Source: Candidatus Latescibacterota bacterium
Lineage (GTDB): Bacteria; Latescibacterota; UBA2968; UBA8231
Direction of reading: 5' to 3'
Length of the DNA: 64,000 bases
Assembly: GCA_963422735.1 (NCBI GenBank)
Contig: OY730476.1
Span: forward strand, 608,001-672,000
Shown here: positions 49,473 through 58,860 of the stretch, piece after piece
Position numbering within the stretch: position 1 is the first letter of the stretch
Layout: every line of letters starts with the position of its first letter
Position numbers and translations under genes: made by a program
Notes under the pieces: model-generated
The model's database searches: none
What the model was told of the DNA's origin: nothing
The model's input: the letters and a program-made list of their open reading frames with translations, nothing else

Positions 49473-51521
49473 ATGAATGCAATCCGACGAGAAGGTGCTA
49501 TCCTTTGGGGTTTGGCCCTTCTGTGGCTTTTGGTATTTGCGGCCTCCATGCTCTACCACACCGGCGGCCGCTTGGCCCTGCCGCTGGACGATTCCTTCAT
49601 CTATTTTCAATACGCGCGGCAAGCGGCCCAAGGGCACTTCCTCGAATACAACACTGGCGCGGAGCCAACGGCCGGCGCGACTAGCCTGCTGTACACCTTG
49701 CTGCTGGTGCCGGGCTTTTGGCTGGGGCTGGATGGGATGGGGATGGCACTGTACGCGTTGGCATTGGGGGTTGTGTGGCTCGGGTTGAGTGCTCGGCTGC
49801 TCCTGCTGCTGGGCCGCAAGTTGGGTGGCCCGTTCAGCGGCTGGGTAGCCGCGTTGATGTTCCTGTTGTGCGGCCCGCTGCTGTGGGGCTATTACAGCGG
49901 CATGGCGATCGGCCTGTTTGCCTGCGCCATCTTGCTGACCCTGTATCTGTACCTAGCGGAAGACCGGCGCGCTCCACTGGCGGCGGCCTTGCTGGCGTTG
50001 GCGCGCCCGGAGGGGATTGCCTTGGTCTTGCTGCTGCTGGTGCTAGTTGCCTATCGGCGGGCGTTGAACTGGCAGTGGGGGATGCCTTTGGGGGCATACG
50101 CGCTCCAGGCCCTGCTGCTAGCTTGGTGTACGGGAGAGGCCGGGGCGTCTGGGGTTGAGGCCAAATGGCGCTTTGCCGAACCCCACGGCTCGCTGCCCGA
50201 GCAGATTCGCGCCGTCTTTTTCGACTTCGCCGAATTTGTCAAAGGGATCCTCGCCGGGTCGCTTGGGCATCAGACCAGCACCAATTTGTATGCGTACGAC
50301 GGCAACTACCGCCGCGTGGTGTTTGCCCCGTTTGTGGCGCTCTTTTTTTTAGCCGAGCTAAGTTATCGGCTCTGGAGCGAGCTATCCGAGAGGCAGATCG
50401 GGGTGGCGGCATTGGGTGGGGCGTGGTTTGTCGGCGGCGTTCTACTAACCTGCACCCTCGTCGAATACGACGCCCACTTCAACCGCTATCAGCAGCCCTT
50501 CTTGCCGCTCTACATTCTCTTTGCCGCCTTGGGCTTGGGGCGCTTGGACGCGACTGGGGGGGCATGGGGCAGCAAGCTGGCGCGGGGGTTGGCTTGCTTT
50601 TTCGGCTTGTGGGGGTTGATGTCGGCGGTCTTCTTCGCGGTCGCGTACGGGGAAAATTGCAGCGACATCCGCAACCAACAGGTCGAGCTGGCGCGCTTTA
50701 TAGACGCCGAACTGCCGCCTGATGCGCGCATTGCCGTCAACGACGCCGGTGCCCTGTGCTACTTCAGCCGCCGCCAAACCATCGACTTAGTCGGGTTGAC
50801 CACGGCCGGGAACAGCGCACCTTGGCGGCACGGGAGCGGGTCGCTATTCGAACGGTTGGAGTCCATGCCGCCAGACCAGCGCCCTCAGTACTTCGCCATT
50901 TTCCCCAATTGGTTCAATTTCCCCGAAGGGGTCTTCCTGCAGCCGCTGCACCGCATTCGCGTCTTTGAGCCGTCGATTGTTGATGCCGAGAAGGTGTTGT
51001 ACCAGGCGCATTGGGCCGCCGATCTCAGCGGCGAGGCTATCCGCAACCAGACGCTCTTGGAAGAGGGCTGGCGGGTGGTCGATAAAGTGGATGTGGCCGA
51101 TCTGGCAAGCGAGCGTCGGCACGGCTACCAGTCCACGGTGTGGATTCCCGGCAGCGGGGAGGCGAATCTGTTGCTGGCTCTGAGCGCTGCTGACAATCCT
51201 CAAGCCGCGTACATCGACGGGGGCCGGACGGTAACAGGGGGCGAGCGGATGGAGGTTGCGCTGAACGCTGGCCAACCGGCGGCGGTGATCATGCGCACGG
51301 TTACGGGCATCGCCCAGCACTTTGCGGTGGTAGCTAATGGAAAGAAGATCGCTGTCGTGGAGTTGCCGGGGGGGCGGGGCCGCCAGTGGCTCGAGCTGGC
51401 CGTCGGCCAGATACCGGCTTCGGATGTGAGCGGCCTCGTCGAGATTGAGACGCAGCCGATCCACTTTGGCGGCGGTTTGCGGCCGATTGTTTCGTTTCAC
51501 TATTGGTTCTTGCAGCCGTGA
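49473..51521 (+). CDS. GT-C-like membrane glycosyltransferase with C-terminal extracytoplasmic domain
   Basis: LDDSFIYFQYARQ...G...YN.G....G.TS.LY, ARPEG, RY..P.LP, D.GA..Y......D..GL. Confidence 0.75.
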   Translation: MNAIRREGAILWGLALLWLLVFAASMLYHTGGRLALPLDDSFIYFQYARQAAQGHFLEYNTGAEPTAGATSLLYTLLLVPGFWLGLDGMGMALYALALGVVWLGLSARLLLLLGRKLGGPFSGWVAALMFLLCGPLLWGYYSGMAIGLFACAILLTLYLYLAEDRRAPLAAALLALARPEGIALVLLLLVLVAYRRALNWQWGMPLGAYALQALLLAWCTGEAGASGVEAKWRFAEPHGSLPEQIRAVFFDFAEFVKGILAGSLGHQTSTNLYAYDGNYRRVVFAPFVALFFLAELSYRLWSELSERQIGVAALGGAWFVGGVLLTCTLVEYDAHFNRYQQPFLPLYILFAALGLGRLDATGGAWGSKLARGLACFFGLWGLMSAVFFAVAYGENCSDIRNQQVELARFIDAELPPDARIAVNDAGALCYFSRRQTIDLVGLTTAGNSAPWRHGSGSLFERLESMPPDQRPQYFAIFPNWFNFPEGVFLQPLHRIRVFEPSIVDAEKVLYQAHWAADLSGEAIRNQTLLEEGWRVVDKVDVADLASERRHGYQSTVWIPGSGEANLLLALSAADNPQAAYIDGGRTVTGGERMEVALNAGQPAAVIMRTVTGIAQHFAVVANGKKIAVVELPGGRGRQWLELAVGQIPASDVSGLVEIETQPIHFGGGLRPIVSFHYWFLQP

Positions 51522-51559
51522 ACTGCTTCAGCGCCGGGCATCGAAATCACCGACTCACG

Positions 51560-52067
51560 CTGCGTCCCCGGTGGTCTTGAAGCGGATGCTGAGCCGAGTG
51601 CCGGTGGCTCGCTTGTAAGATGGATGGACGCGCTCACTCTCAAGGCGAGCGACGACGGATTGCGTGCGGCGAGTTGTGTTTGCGCGAGGCCAGCCTTGAT
51701 GCGGGTCTCACGCAGCAAGCGAGCCAATTCGAACTCTGGTCCAAGCGCTTGGTACGCCGCTTGGTACTCTGGTGTTTGGAGCCATTGCTTGTACAAGTCG
51801 CTGACTTTGCTCATGGCAGTTTGTGTTTTCTTGATAAAAATTCTCACCACCACGATTCGCTTGTTTTTGACGACGACATATGATGTCCCGTCCTTGCCGT
51901 TCAGACGCATTTCCCAAAGCGGGCCGTGTGCGTATGCCCATGCGCTTTAGCCCTACCGCCAAGATCAACTCGCAGGTACGGACGAACCGCGCTCGCATAT
52001 CAACAGGGAGTGCATTAAGTTCCTCATCCACAGTCTTACTCAATGTTTCAACGATCCAATTCGCGAT
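51560..52067 (-). pseudogene. decayed RelE/HigB-type toxin plus XRE antitoxin (type II TA)
   Basis: toxin W.VETL...VD.EL.ALP.DMRARF / LWEMR..G.DG / V..F.KKTQ; antitoxin EY..AY.AL.PEFELAR.L...R..AGL.Q.QLA / QSVVARLES; frameshifts and deletions. Confidence 0.8.
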
Positions 52068-52073
52068 AGTAGC

Positions 52074-52089
52074 ATAGCAAGGTTGCTAT
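52074..52089. promoter_or_regulatory. palindromic operator of the TA operon
   Basis: ATAGCAA-GG-TTGCTAT directly upstream of the toxin remnant. Confidence 0.6.
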
Positions 52090-52254
52090 ACTCTAATTTT
52101 TCAAAGTTTTTCTCGGACTTCATTCGATACCTTCAAGTGCTGCCCGGCTACACCCGCTTCCGCCGCTTCGGCTTGGCCTTGGCCGTCAGCGGCACCAGCA
52201 TTTTTCGTACAGTCCGAGCAAGTGTCCGACACACTCACTGGCTATATTGGTAGT

Positions 52255-54195
52255 ATGCGGACCATAGGTATCGGCGCGGCGCGGCTGAAGCGAGAGGAAG
52301 CTATCCTCTGGGCTATCCTAATCGCCGCCCTCGGTGTGCGTCTGGCCTATCTCTACCAAGCGGTTGACACGCCGATCTTCGACGTACTCCTGATCGACTC
52401 CGAGTTCTACGATCGCCGCGCCCGGGCCATTGTTGCGGGCGATTGGCTGGGCGATCAGCCTTTTTTTATGAATCCGTTCTACTCCTACTTTTTGGCCGCC
52501 ATTTACGCGTTTTTGGGAGCTGAATACTGGTGGGCTGGCTTGGTGCAGGCGATGCTGGGGACGAGTAGTTGCTATTTGATCTACGCACTGGGCCGGAAAC
52601 TATGGAGCGCACAGATTGGCTTATTGGCCGCGCTGATGGCGGCGATCTACCAGCCGTACGTGTTCTACGACGGGGCACTGCTGACCGCCGCGCCGATCAC
52701 CTTTTTGAATCTCGCGGCCCTGTATTGCTTGGCGCACGCGCAAGGCGCGGCGCGGTGGTTGTGGGCTGCTGGCTTACTATTGGGGCTTTCGGCGACGGCG
52801 CGGCCCATGGTCTTGCTGTTTGTCTCGGCGGTCGCGAGCTGGTTTGTCTCGCAGTGGGGACGGCGCGGTTGGCGGCAGTGGGGGTTGGTGGTCGTGGGCT
52901 GCGGCCTCGTGGTGGGTGCGGTGGCTTGGCGCAACTTTCTCGTCGGGGGGGAGTGGCTGCTGACCACGTCCTCAGCCGGGATGAACTTCTACGTGGGCAA
53001 TCACCCCGAGGCCAACGGTATCTACGCGCAGGTCGATTTCCTGCCCAGCGCCGAGCCGGACTTAGAGCGCGAGGCGTTTATCCACGAGGCCGAGGTGCGC
53101 ATGGGTAGGGAACTAACCCCGGCTCAAGCCTCGAGATTCTGGCTCGCGGCCGGCTTGCGCTTTGCCGTGGAAAATCCTCTCGCGTACCTCACGCTGCAAG
53201 GCCGCAAGCTCTACATGTTCTGGAACGGGGTCGAGGCGCAAAACAACCTGAGTCTATACTTAGCGCGGGATTTTGTGCCCTTGTTGCGCTGGTGCGTTTT
53301 GGGGTGGGGGCTGGTGGCCCCGCTGGCGGTCGTGGGTTGGGCTACGAGTCGCCGCTCGTCCCTACTCGACCTGTATCTGACGACCTATCTGGCCGCCTGC
53401 CTGCTGTTCTTCACGTCCTCGGAATACCGCCTGCCCGTCGTACCGGTGATTCTGCTCTACGCCGCTTGCTGGATTGCCAACGCGGCTGCTTGGGCGACGA
53501 GCGGGGCGCATCGCCGGTTGCTGGGGTCGTGCCTGTTGGTGGCCTTAGTCGCGCTGCCGGTCAACTATCGTGACGCCGGGGCTGAACGGCTGACCCGCAA
53601 ACGGGTTGATTACTACAATTTCGGAGCCTTGTACCAACGCCGAGGGGATTGGGCGGCGGCCGAGAACATGTTCCGTGCGGCCCTGCGCATCGACCCGTCG
53701 TTTGCGCCGGCCGCCTCTGGCCTAACAGCCGTGTTGGCGCAGCAAGAAGGCGGCGACCCGGACATTAGACGTGGATTAGATCTTTTCAGCGCGGGAGAGT
53801 ACGAGGCCGCGATTGCAGCCTTCAGCCGCGCTCGGCCTGCGCCCGGGCCGCACAACAACCTCGGCCTGTGCTATTATCGACTCGGTCAATGGAGCGAGGC
53901 CGCCGCGCACTTCCACAAGGCCCTCGCGCTCGACGCCGGCTACGCCCGAGCGCATTTCAACCTCGGCTTGGTGTATGGTAAACAGGGAGACGACCAAGCA
54001 GCGGTAGATGCTTTTGCCCAGGCACTCGAACTCGATCCCAATCACGTCCAAGCGCACTACCGGCGCGGGGAAGTACTGGTGCGCTTGGGGTATCCCCGCG
54101 AAGCAGAAGCCCATTGGGCATTTTTGCGTACGCGAAACCCCGACGACGTAGGCTTACAGACGAAAATCGATTCCATGGCGCAGGCCCATCCTTGA
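52255..54195 (+). CDS. PMT/GT39-like membrane glycosyltransferase with C-terminal TPRs
   Basis: DS..YD..A, P.Y.YFLA, RN......G.NFY.GN.P.A.G, RLP..P; TPRs HNNLG, AHFNLG. Confidence 0.82.
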   Translation: MRTIGIGAARLKREEAILWAILIAALGVRLAYLYQAVDTPIFDVLLIDSEFYDRRARAIVAGDWLGDQPFFMNPFYSYFLAAIYAFLGAEYWWAGLVQAMLGTSSCYLIYALGRKLWSAQIGLLAALMAAIYQPYVFYDGALLTAAPITFLNLAALYCLAHAQGAARWLWAAGLLLGLSATARPMVLLFVSAVASWFVSQWGRRGWRQWGLVVVGCGLVVGAVAWRNFLVGGEWLLTTSSAGMNFYVGNHPEANGIYAQVDFLPSAEPDLEREAFIHEAEVRMGRELTPAQASRFWLAAGLRFAVENPLAYLTLQGRKLYMFWNGVEAQNNLSLYLARDFVPLLRWCVLGWGLVAPLAVVGWATSRRSSLLDLYLTTYLAACLLFFTSSEYRLPVVPVILLYAACWIANAAAWATSGAHRRLLGSCLLVALVALPVNYRDAGAERLTRKRVDYYNFGALYQRRGDWAAAENMFRAALRIDPSFAPAASGLTAVLAQQEGGDPDIRRGLDLFSAGEYEAAIAAFSRARPAPGPHNNLGLCYYRLGQWSEAAAHFHKALALDAGYARAHFNLGLVYGKQGDDQAAVDAFAQALELDPNHVQAHYRRGEVLVRLGYPREAEAHWAFLRTRNPDDVGLQTKIDSMAQAHP

Positions 54196-56321
54196 AAACT
54201 ACCCTCTGCGTACGCGGTGCCCGAGCAGGCGGTCTCGCCCATGTCGATATGGACTTGCCGCTAGGCCAGGTTATTTGCTTTACCGGCCGCAGTAGCAGCG
54301 GCCGCCGCGCCATGGCCTTAGATGTCCTGTACGCGGAGAGCCGCCGACGCTACATGCAGGCTCTGTCTCCGACTGAACGCGAGGGCGTCAGCGGGACAGC
54401 GCGCGCCGATGTAGATGAGATATCGGGCTTGCCTCCGGCCATTTACTTGGGGGCACCGCGCCGCGGATGCATGGTCGGGGACTACTTGCAGCTAGACGGG
54501 ATCTTGGCGCAGATCATGCTGGAAGAGGGACAGATGCACTGCCTCGAATGCGGCGGTCGCTGCCGCAGCTATGCGGCCGATGAGGTGGAGCGCGAGGTCG
54601 CCAACGTCCATCCAGACACCCGCTGTTTGGTGCTGGCCCCTTTGGCCCTGCGGAACGCAGGGATGTGGCAACAACTCGTGCAAGCCGGGTTTACGCGGGT
54701 CGCAATCGACGGCCAGATCCAACGCTTGGAAGGCCACGGGCCAGCATTGCCAAGCGGCGAAAGCGAGGTCCACGTCGTGGTGGACCGCTTGGTACCGGAC
54801 TCGAACGCTAGCGTGCGCTTTTTGGAAGCTGTGCGCGTGAGCCGTTCGATTTCGTCGGGGCAGACGGTGGTTTGGGCCGATGGTACCAGCGAAATGATGC
54901 ATTTGAACCAGCAGCCGACCTGCGGCAAGTGCGGCCGCCAGTATGAGCCGCTGGCCGCAGCCGACTTCGGTGCGGGCCAACCCTTGGCCAGCCAGGTGAC
55001 TCTGCACGGCCGCACCATGGACGAGCTAATGGATGCCCCCCTCGGCTCGTTGCGCGATTGGCTGGCCGCGGCTAACCAAAAAGGCCATAGGTACGCCAAA
55101 GTAGAGGCCGCGCTCGCCGAGGCCGGCGGCTTGAGGCTGGAGCATCTGCCGTTGAGCCGCCGACTCAAATCGCTGGCGACTGGCGAGTGGCAGCGTCTGC
55201 AATTGGCGTCCGGTCTCAGCAACGGCCTGACGGGCATCCTCTACATTTTGGACGGTTTGGGCAGTCAATTGTCAGGGGAGATGCTGGCCGCGGTCGCGGC
55301 AGGTCTTCGTCGGCTGGTCGCCGGCGGCAATACCGCGCTGTTGTTGGATCACACGCCTGAACTCGTAGCGGCTGCAGACGAGGTCTGGGCGTTTGCAGAG
55401 GGGCGGGCGCAGGTGGGGGAGACGACCGGGATGGACCGAGATGGACCGGATGAGAAACGGGTCGTCGAGCAAGCTACGCCGGCGTTGGCCATTCGCGGCA
55501 GTGGTGTAGTCGGGCCGCTTGCTATCGAGCTGCCGCACGGGATGATGACCTGCGTGTGCGGGCCTTCCGGCAGCGGCAAAACCCGCCTGCTGTACGAAGT
55601 CTTGCTGCCGCTGCTCAAGGGGCGGCCCGTCGAGTACGCCGCCGCGGGTGTGCCGCGCAACAGCCGAGTCGCAACAGTGGAAGCTCCAAGCGGCAAGGCC
55701 ACGCTTTTGCAGGGGTTGGGCCTTTTCGAGCGCATCGCCGATCTGTACGCCGCATCGCCAGCCGCAACAGCACGCGGCTGGTCCCGGGATGCCTTCTTGT
55801 TGGATCGGCCGGGGGGGCGTTGTCCAAGCTGCGAAGGCCGCGGCCAATGCCACTTCGATTTGGAGTTTCTAGAGGATATAGCACTGGTATGCGCCGCTTG
55901 CGAGGGGCGCCGATACCGAGACAAAATCTGCGAGGTGACCCTGCGCGGCGCGAGCATTGCCGATGTGCTGGGCATGACCTTGGAACAGGCTTGTACCCAC
56001 TTTGCCCGGCACGACCCAATTCGCCCGCGCCTAGGGGCGGCCGTCGGCTGCGGCCTCGGCTACCTGTTTTTGGGACAGGAGGTGCAAGGGCTAGAGCGGG
56101 GGGAGTGGTTGCGGCTGCGGCTGGCGCTCGAATCGACGCGGCCCTCCCGGCGCACTTGGGTGCTGATCGACGACCCGGCCAGCGACGATCACCCAGAAGA
56201 TGTGTGCGCGATGGTCGCGGCCTTGCGGGGGCTGGTGGATCGGGGGGCCACGGTCGTCGTCGCCGACCAGCATCCAACGGTGAAGGCGGCTGCGGATTGG
56301 GTGGTGGATCTGGCGCGGTAA
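54192..56321 (+). CDS. UvrA-like protein, shortened, with degenerate ATPase motifs
   Basis: VRGAR...L..VD.D.P, LYAE.RRRY..LS, D.I.GL.PAI, VVVDR, GGRC..C.G.G, C..C.G.RY, I.DVL.MT, GLGYL.LGQ, ADWV.DL. Confidence 0.85.
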   Translation: MKTTLCVRGARAGGLAHVDMDLPLGQVICFTGRSSSGRRAMALDVLYAESRRRYMQALSPTEREGVSGTARADVDEISGLPPAIYLGAPRRGCMVGDYLQLDGILAQIMLEEGQMHCLECGGRCRSYAADEVEREVANVHPDTRCLVLAPLALRNAGMWQQLVQAGFTRVAIDGQIQRLEGHGPALPSGESEVHVVVDRLVPDSNASVRFLEAVRVSRSISSGQTVVWADGTSEMMHLNQQPTCGKCGRQYEPLAAADFGAGQPLASQVTLHGRTMDELMDAPLGSLRDWLAAANQKGHRYAKVEAALAEAGGLRLEHLPLSRRLKSLATGEWQRLQLASGLSNGLTGILYILDGLGSQLSGEMLAAVAAGLRRLVAGGNTALLLDHTPELVAAADEVWAFAEGRAQVGETTGMDRDGPDEKRVVEQATPALAIRGSGVVGPLAIELPHGMMTCVCGPSGSGKTRLLYEVLLPLLKGRPVEYAAAGVPRNSRVATVEAPSGKATLLQGLGLFERIADLYAASPAATARGWSRDAFLLDRPGGRCPSCEGRGQCHFDLEFLEDIALVCAACEGRRYRDKICEVTLRGASIADVLGMTLEQACTHFARHDPIRPRLGAAVGCGLGYLFLGQEVQGLERGEWLRLRLALESTRPSRRTWVLIDDPASDDHPEDVCAMVAALRGLVDRGATVVVADQHPTVKAAADWVVDLAR

Positions 56322-56454
56322 AGGTTGTAACGTTGTTGCAACATATTACCTTGCGGGATGTATCGCTCCTATCTATCTTTTTTTGAATGAGATAGATGCT
56401 CAAGTAGGACAGGTGAATAATGCGGTATTCAAGCCCCGAGAAAGGGGCTTTCTA

Positions 56455-56922
56455 ATGACGGTAGTGAAGAAGTTACAACAAGAGGTCATCGGCCATCTGG
56501 ATCTGGACGGGTACGCGGTGTGCGAGCCGCAGGAGCCGGTCGTCGAAGCACTCAAGAAAATGCGCCATCAACACGTCAGCGCTGTGCTGGTGGAGGAGGA
56601 TGGCCGCTTAGTGGGGATTTTTACCGAGCGCGATGCACTCACTAAAGTGGCCGACCAACCAGCGACGTGGCCGCGGCCGGTGGCCGAGGTTATGACCCGC
56701 GATCCGCATAGTTTGGACGCCCAGCAGCCAATCAGTAGTGCCCTGCGGCTGATGAACGCTGGCGACTATCGCAACGTGCCGATTGTAGATGAAAATGGCC
56801 GCATAAAGGGGAATTTGCCCCAACACGAAGTCATCCGCTTTCTCACCGATCAGTTTCCCGAAGACATCTACAACTTGCCGCCTGATCCCGAGCGCATAGC
56901 CCGCACCAAAGAGGGAGCTTGA
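56455..56922 (+). CDS. CBS domain protein
   Basis: LVGIFTERD, VMTRDP, YRNVPIVD. Confidence 0.9.
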   Translation: MTVVKKLQQEVIGHLDLDGYAVCEPQEPVVEALKKMRHQHVSAVLVEEDGRLVGIFTERDALTKVADQPATWPRPVAEVMTRDPHSLDAQQPISSALRLMNAGDYRNVPIVDENGRIKGNLPQHEVIRFLTDQFPEDIYNLPPDPERIARTKEGA

Positions 56923-56970
56923 GCATGCGCTGCGGAGCGAAGATTTTTCTTTTTTAAGGAGATCGTACGC

Positions 56971-58845
56971 ATGACCGAAATTGTGGTCCCGTCGGCAGCT
57001 ACGGATAAGCGAGAGTACTCGCAAGAAGAGCGCCAATCTGTAGTCATCGCATTTTCCGGCGATTCGGGCGATGGGATGCAGCTAACCGGCGGACAATTTA
57101 CCAATACTTCGGCTGTGATGGGCAACGACGTCAGTACCTTTCCCGACATTCCCGCCGAGATTCGCGCCCCGGCCGGGACCATCCCCGGGCTGAGCGGCTA
57201 CCAAGTCAACTTTGCCGCCAACGATCTCTACACAGCTGGCGACTCGCCCCAAGTGCTAGTGGCAATGAACCCGGCCGCGCTCAAAGCCAATTTGCCCGAT
57301 CTCGAACCGGGCGGGACCATCATCGTCAATACAGATCCATTCAACCGCAATGGCCTCCGCAAAGCCGGGTACGAGAAAAACCCGCTCGAAGACGGCAGCC
57401 TCAGTGGCTACGATGTGCATCCGGTCCCCTTGACCACCCTGACCCGCAATGCCCTCGCCGACATCGAGGGCATGAGCAACCAAGCGAAGGACATGTGCAA
57501 GAATGCCTTTGTCTTGGGCTTGGTGTTCTGGATGTTCGACCGCCCGCTCGACTACACGCTCAAGTTCTACGAGACCAAATTCGCTGGCCGGCCCGAAGTG
57601 GTTGCGGCCAACACGAGGGCTTTGAAAGCTGGCTACTACTACGGAGAAACGGCCGAGACCTTTCAGACTCAGATCTCGGTGCCGAAGCGGGAGATTGTCG
57701 AACCGGGGGTGTACAAGCGGATCACCGGCAACGACGCGCTTGTCTTGGGGCTAGTAACGGCCGCGCAAAAGGCCGGCAAACCGCTCTTTTACGGCTCGTA
57801 TCCCATCACGCCAGCCAGCACCATACTAGAGGGCTTGGCGGTGCTGAAGAACTTCGACGTGCGGACGTTCCAGGCCGAGGACGAGATCGCGGCCATGGGG
57901 TCGGTGATTGGCGCGGCCTTTGCCGGCAGTCTCGCGGCTACTGCCAGCAGCGGCCCGGGGATCGCGCTCAAGAGCGAGGCGATCAACTTGGCCGTAGTTA
58001 TGGAGTTGCCGCTAGTGGTCATTGACGTCCAGCGCGGCGGCCCCAGCACGGGCTTGCCGACTAAGACCGAGCAGGCCGATTTGCTAGAGGTGCTCTACGG
58101 GCGCAACGGCGAAAGCCCGATTCCGGTCGTCGCTGCGGCAACCCCGGGCGAATGCTTCGACATAGCCATCGAGGCCTTCCGCATTGCCATTCGCTATATG
58201 ACGCCGGTTTTTCTCCTGTCCGACGGCTACGTGGCCAACAACTCCGAGCCGTGGAAAATACCAGACCCGGATTCAATTGCGCCTATTGATGCCGAGCCGT
58301 ACACCGACCCCGACGACTACCAACCCTACATGCGCGACCCACAGACCTTGGCCAGGCCTTGGGTCGTGCCGGGGACGCCTCGGATGGAGCACCGGATCGG
58401 TGGCTTGGGCAAGCAGGATGTGACGGGCAATGTCTCCTACGCGCCCGAAGACCACGAGCGCATCGTCCACATCCGGGCCGCCAAAATCCGCGGCATTGCC
58501 AACTCCATTCCCGAGCTGGAAGTGACCGGGCCTGAGCAAGGGGACCTGCTGGTTTTGGGCTGGGGGGGTACCTACGGCACCATTCGCGCAGCGGTTGAGC
58601 AAGTGCGGGGCGAGGGCCTCGACGTGGCCTGCGCGCACCTGCGCTACTTGAACCCGTTTCCCCGGAACCTCGGCAACGCACTTGGTCGCTACAAGCAAGT
58701 ATTGGTGCCCGAGCTAAACTTGGGCCAATTGGCCCTGTTGCTCCAGGCGCATTTTCCAGTGCGCATCGTCAAGCTGAACAAGGTCCAGGGCTGCCCCTTT
58801 CAAATTCGGGAAGTGGCCGACAAAATTCGCCAAGTGCTAAGTTAA
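56971..58845 (+). CDS. korA: 2-oxoacid:acceptor oxidoreductase subunit alpha
   Basis: GDSGDGMQLTG, PAEIRAP.G, YPITPAS, QAEDEIAA, QRGGPSTGLPTKTEQ.D, GWG.TYG. Confidence 0.93.
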   Translation: MTEIVVPSAATDKREYSQEERQSVVIAFSGDSGDGMQLTGGQFTNTSAVMGNDVSTFPDIPAEIRAPAGTIPGLSGYQVNFAANDLYTAGDSPQVLVAMNPAALKANLPDLEPGGTIIVNTDPFNRNGLRKAGYEKNPLEDGSLSGYDVHPVPLTTLTRNALADIEGMSNQAKDMCKNAFVLGLVFWMFDRPLDYTLKFYETKFAGRPEVVAANTRALKAGYYYGETAETFQTQISVPKREIVEPGVYKRITGNDALVLGLVTAAQKAGKPLFYGSYPITPASTILEGLAVLKNFDVRTFQAEDEIAAMGSVIGAAFAGSLAATASSGPGIALKSEAINLAVVMELPLVVIDVQRGGPSTGLPTKTEQADLLEVLYGRNGESPIPVVAAATPGECFDIAIEAFRIAIRYMTPVFLLSDGYVANNSEPWKIPDPDSIAPIDAEPYTDPDDYQPYMRDPQTLARPWVVPGTPRMEHRIGGLGKQDVTGNVSYAPEDHERIVHIRAAKIRGIANSIPELEVTGPEQGDLLVLGWGGTYGTIRAAVEQVRGEGLDVACAHLRYLNPFPRNLGNALGRYKQVLVPELNLGQLALLLQAHFPVRIVKLNKVQGCPFQIREVADKIRQVLS

Positions 58846-58860
58846 AGCAGGGAGGTCGAG

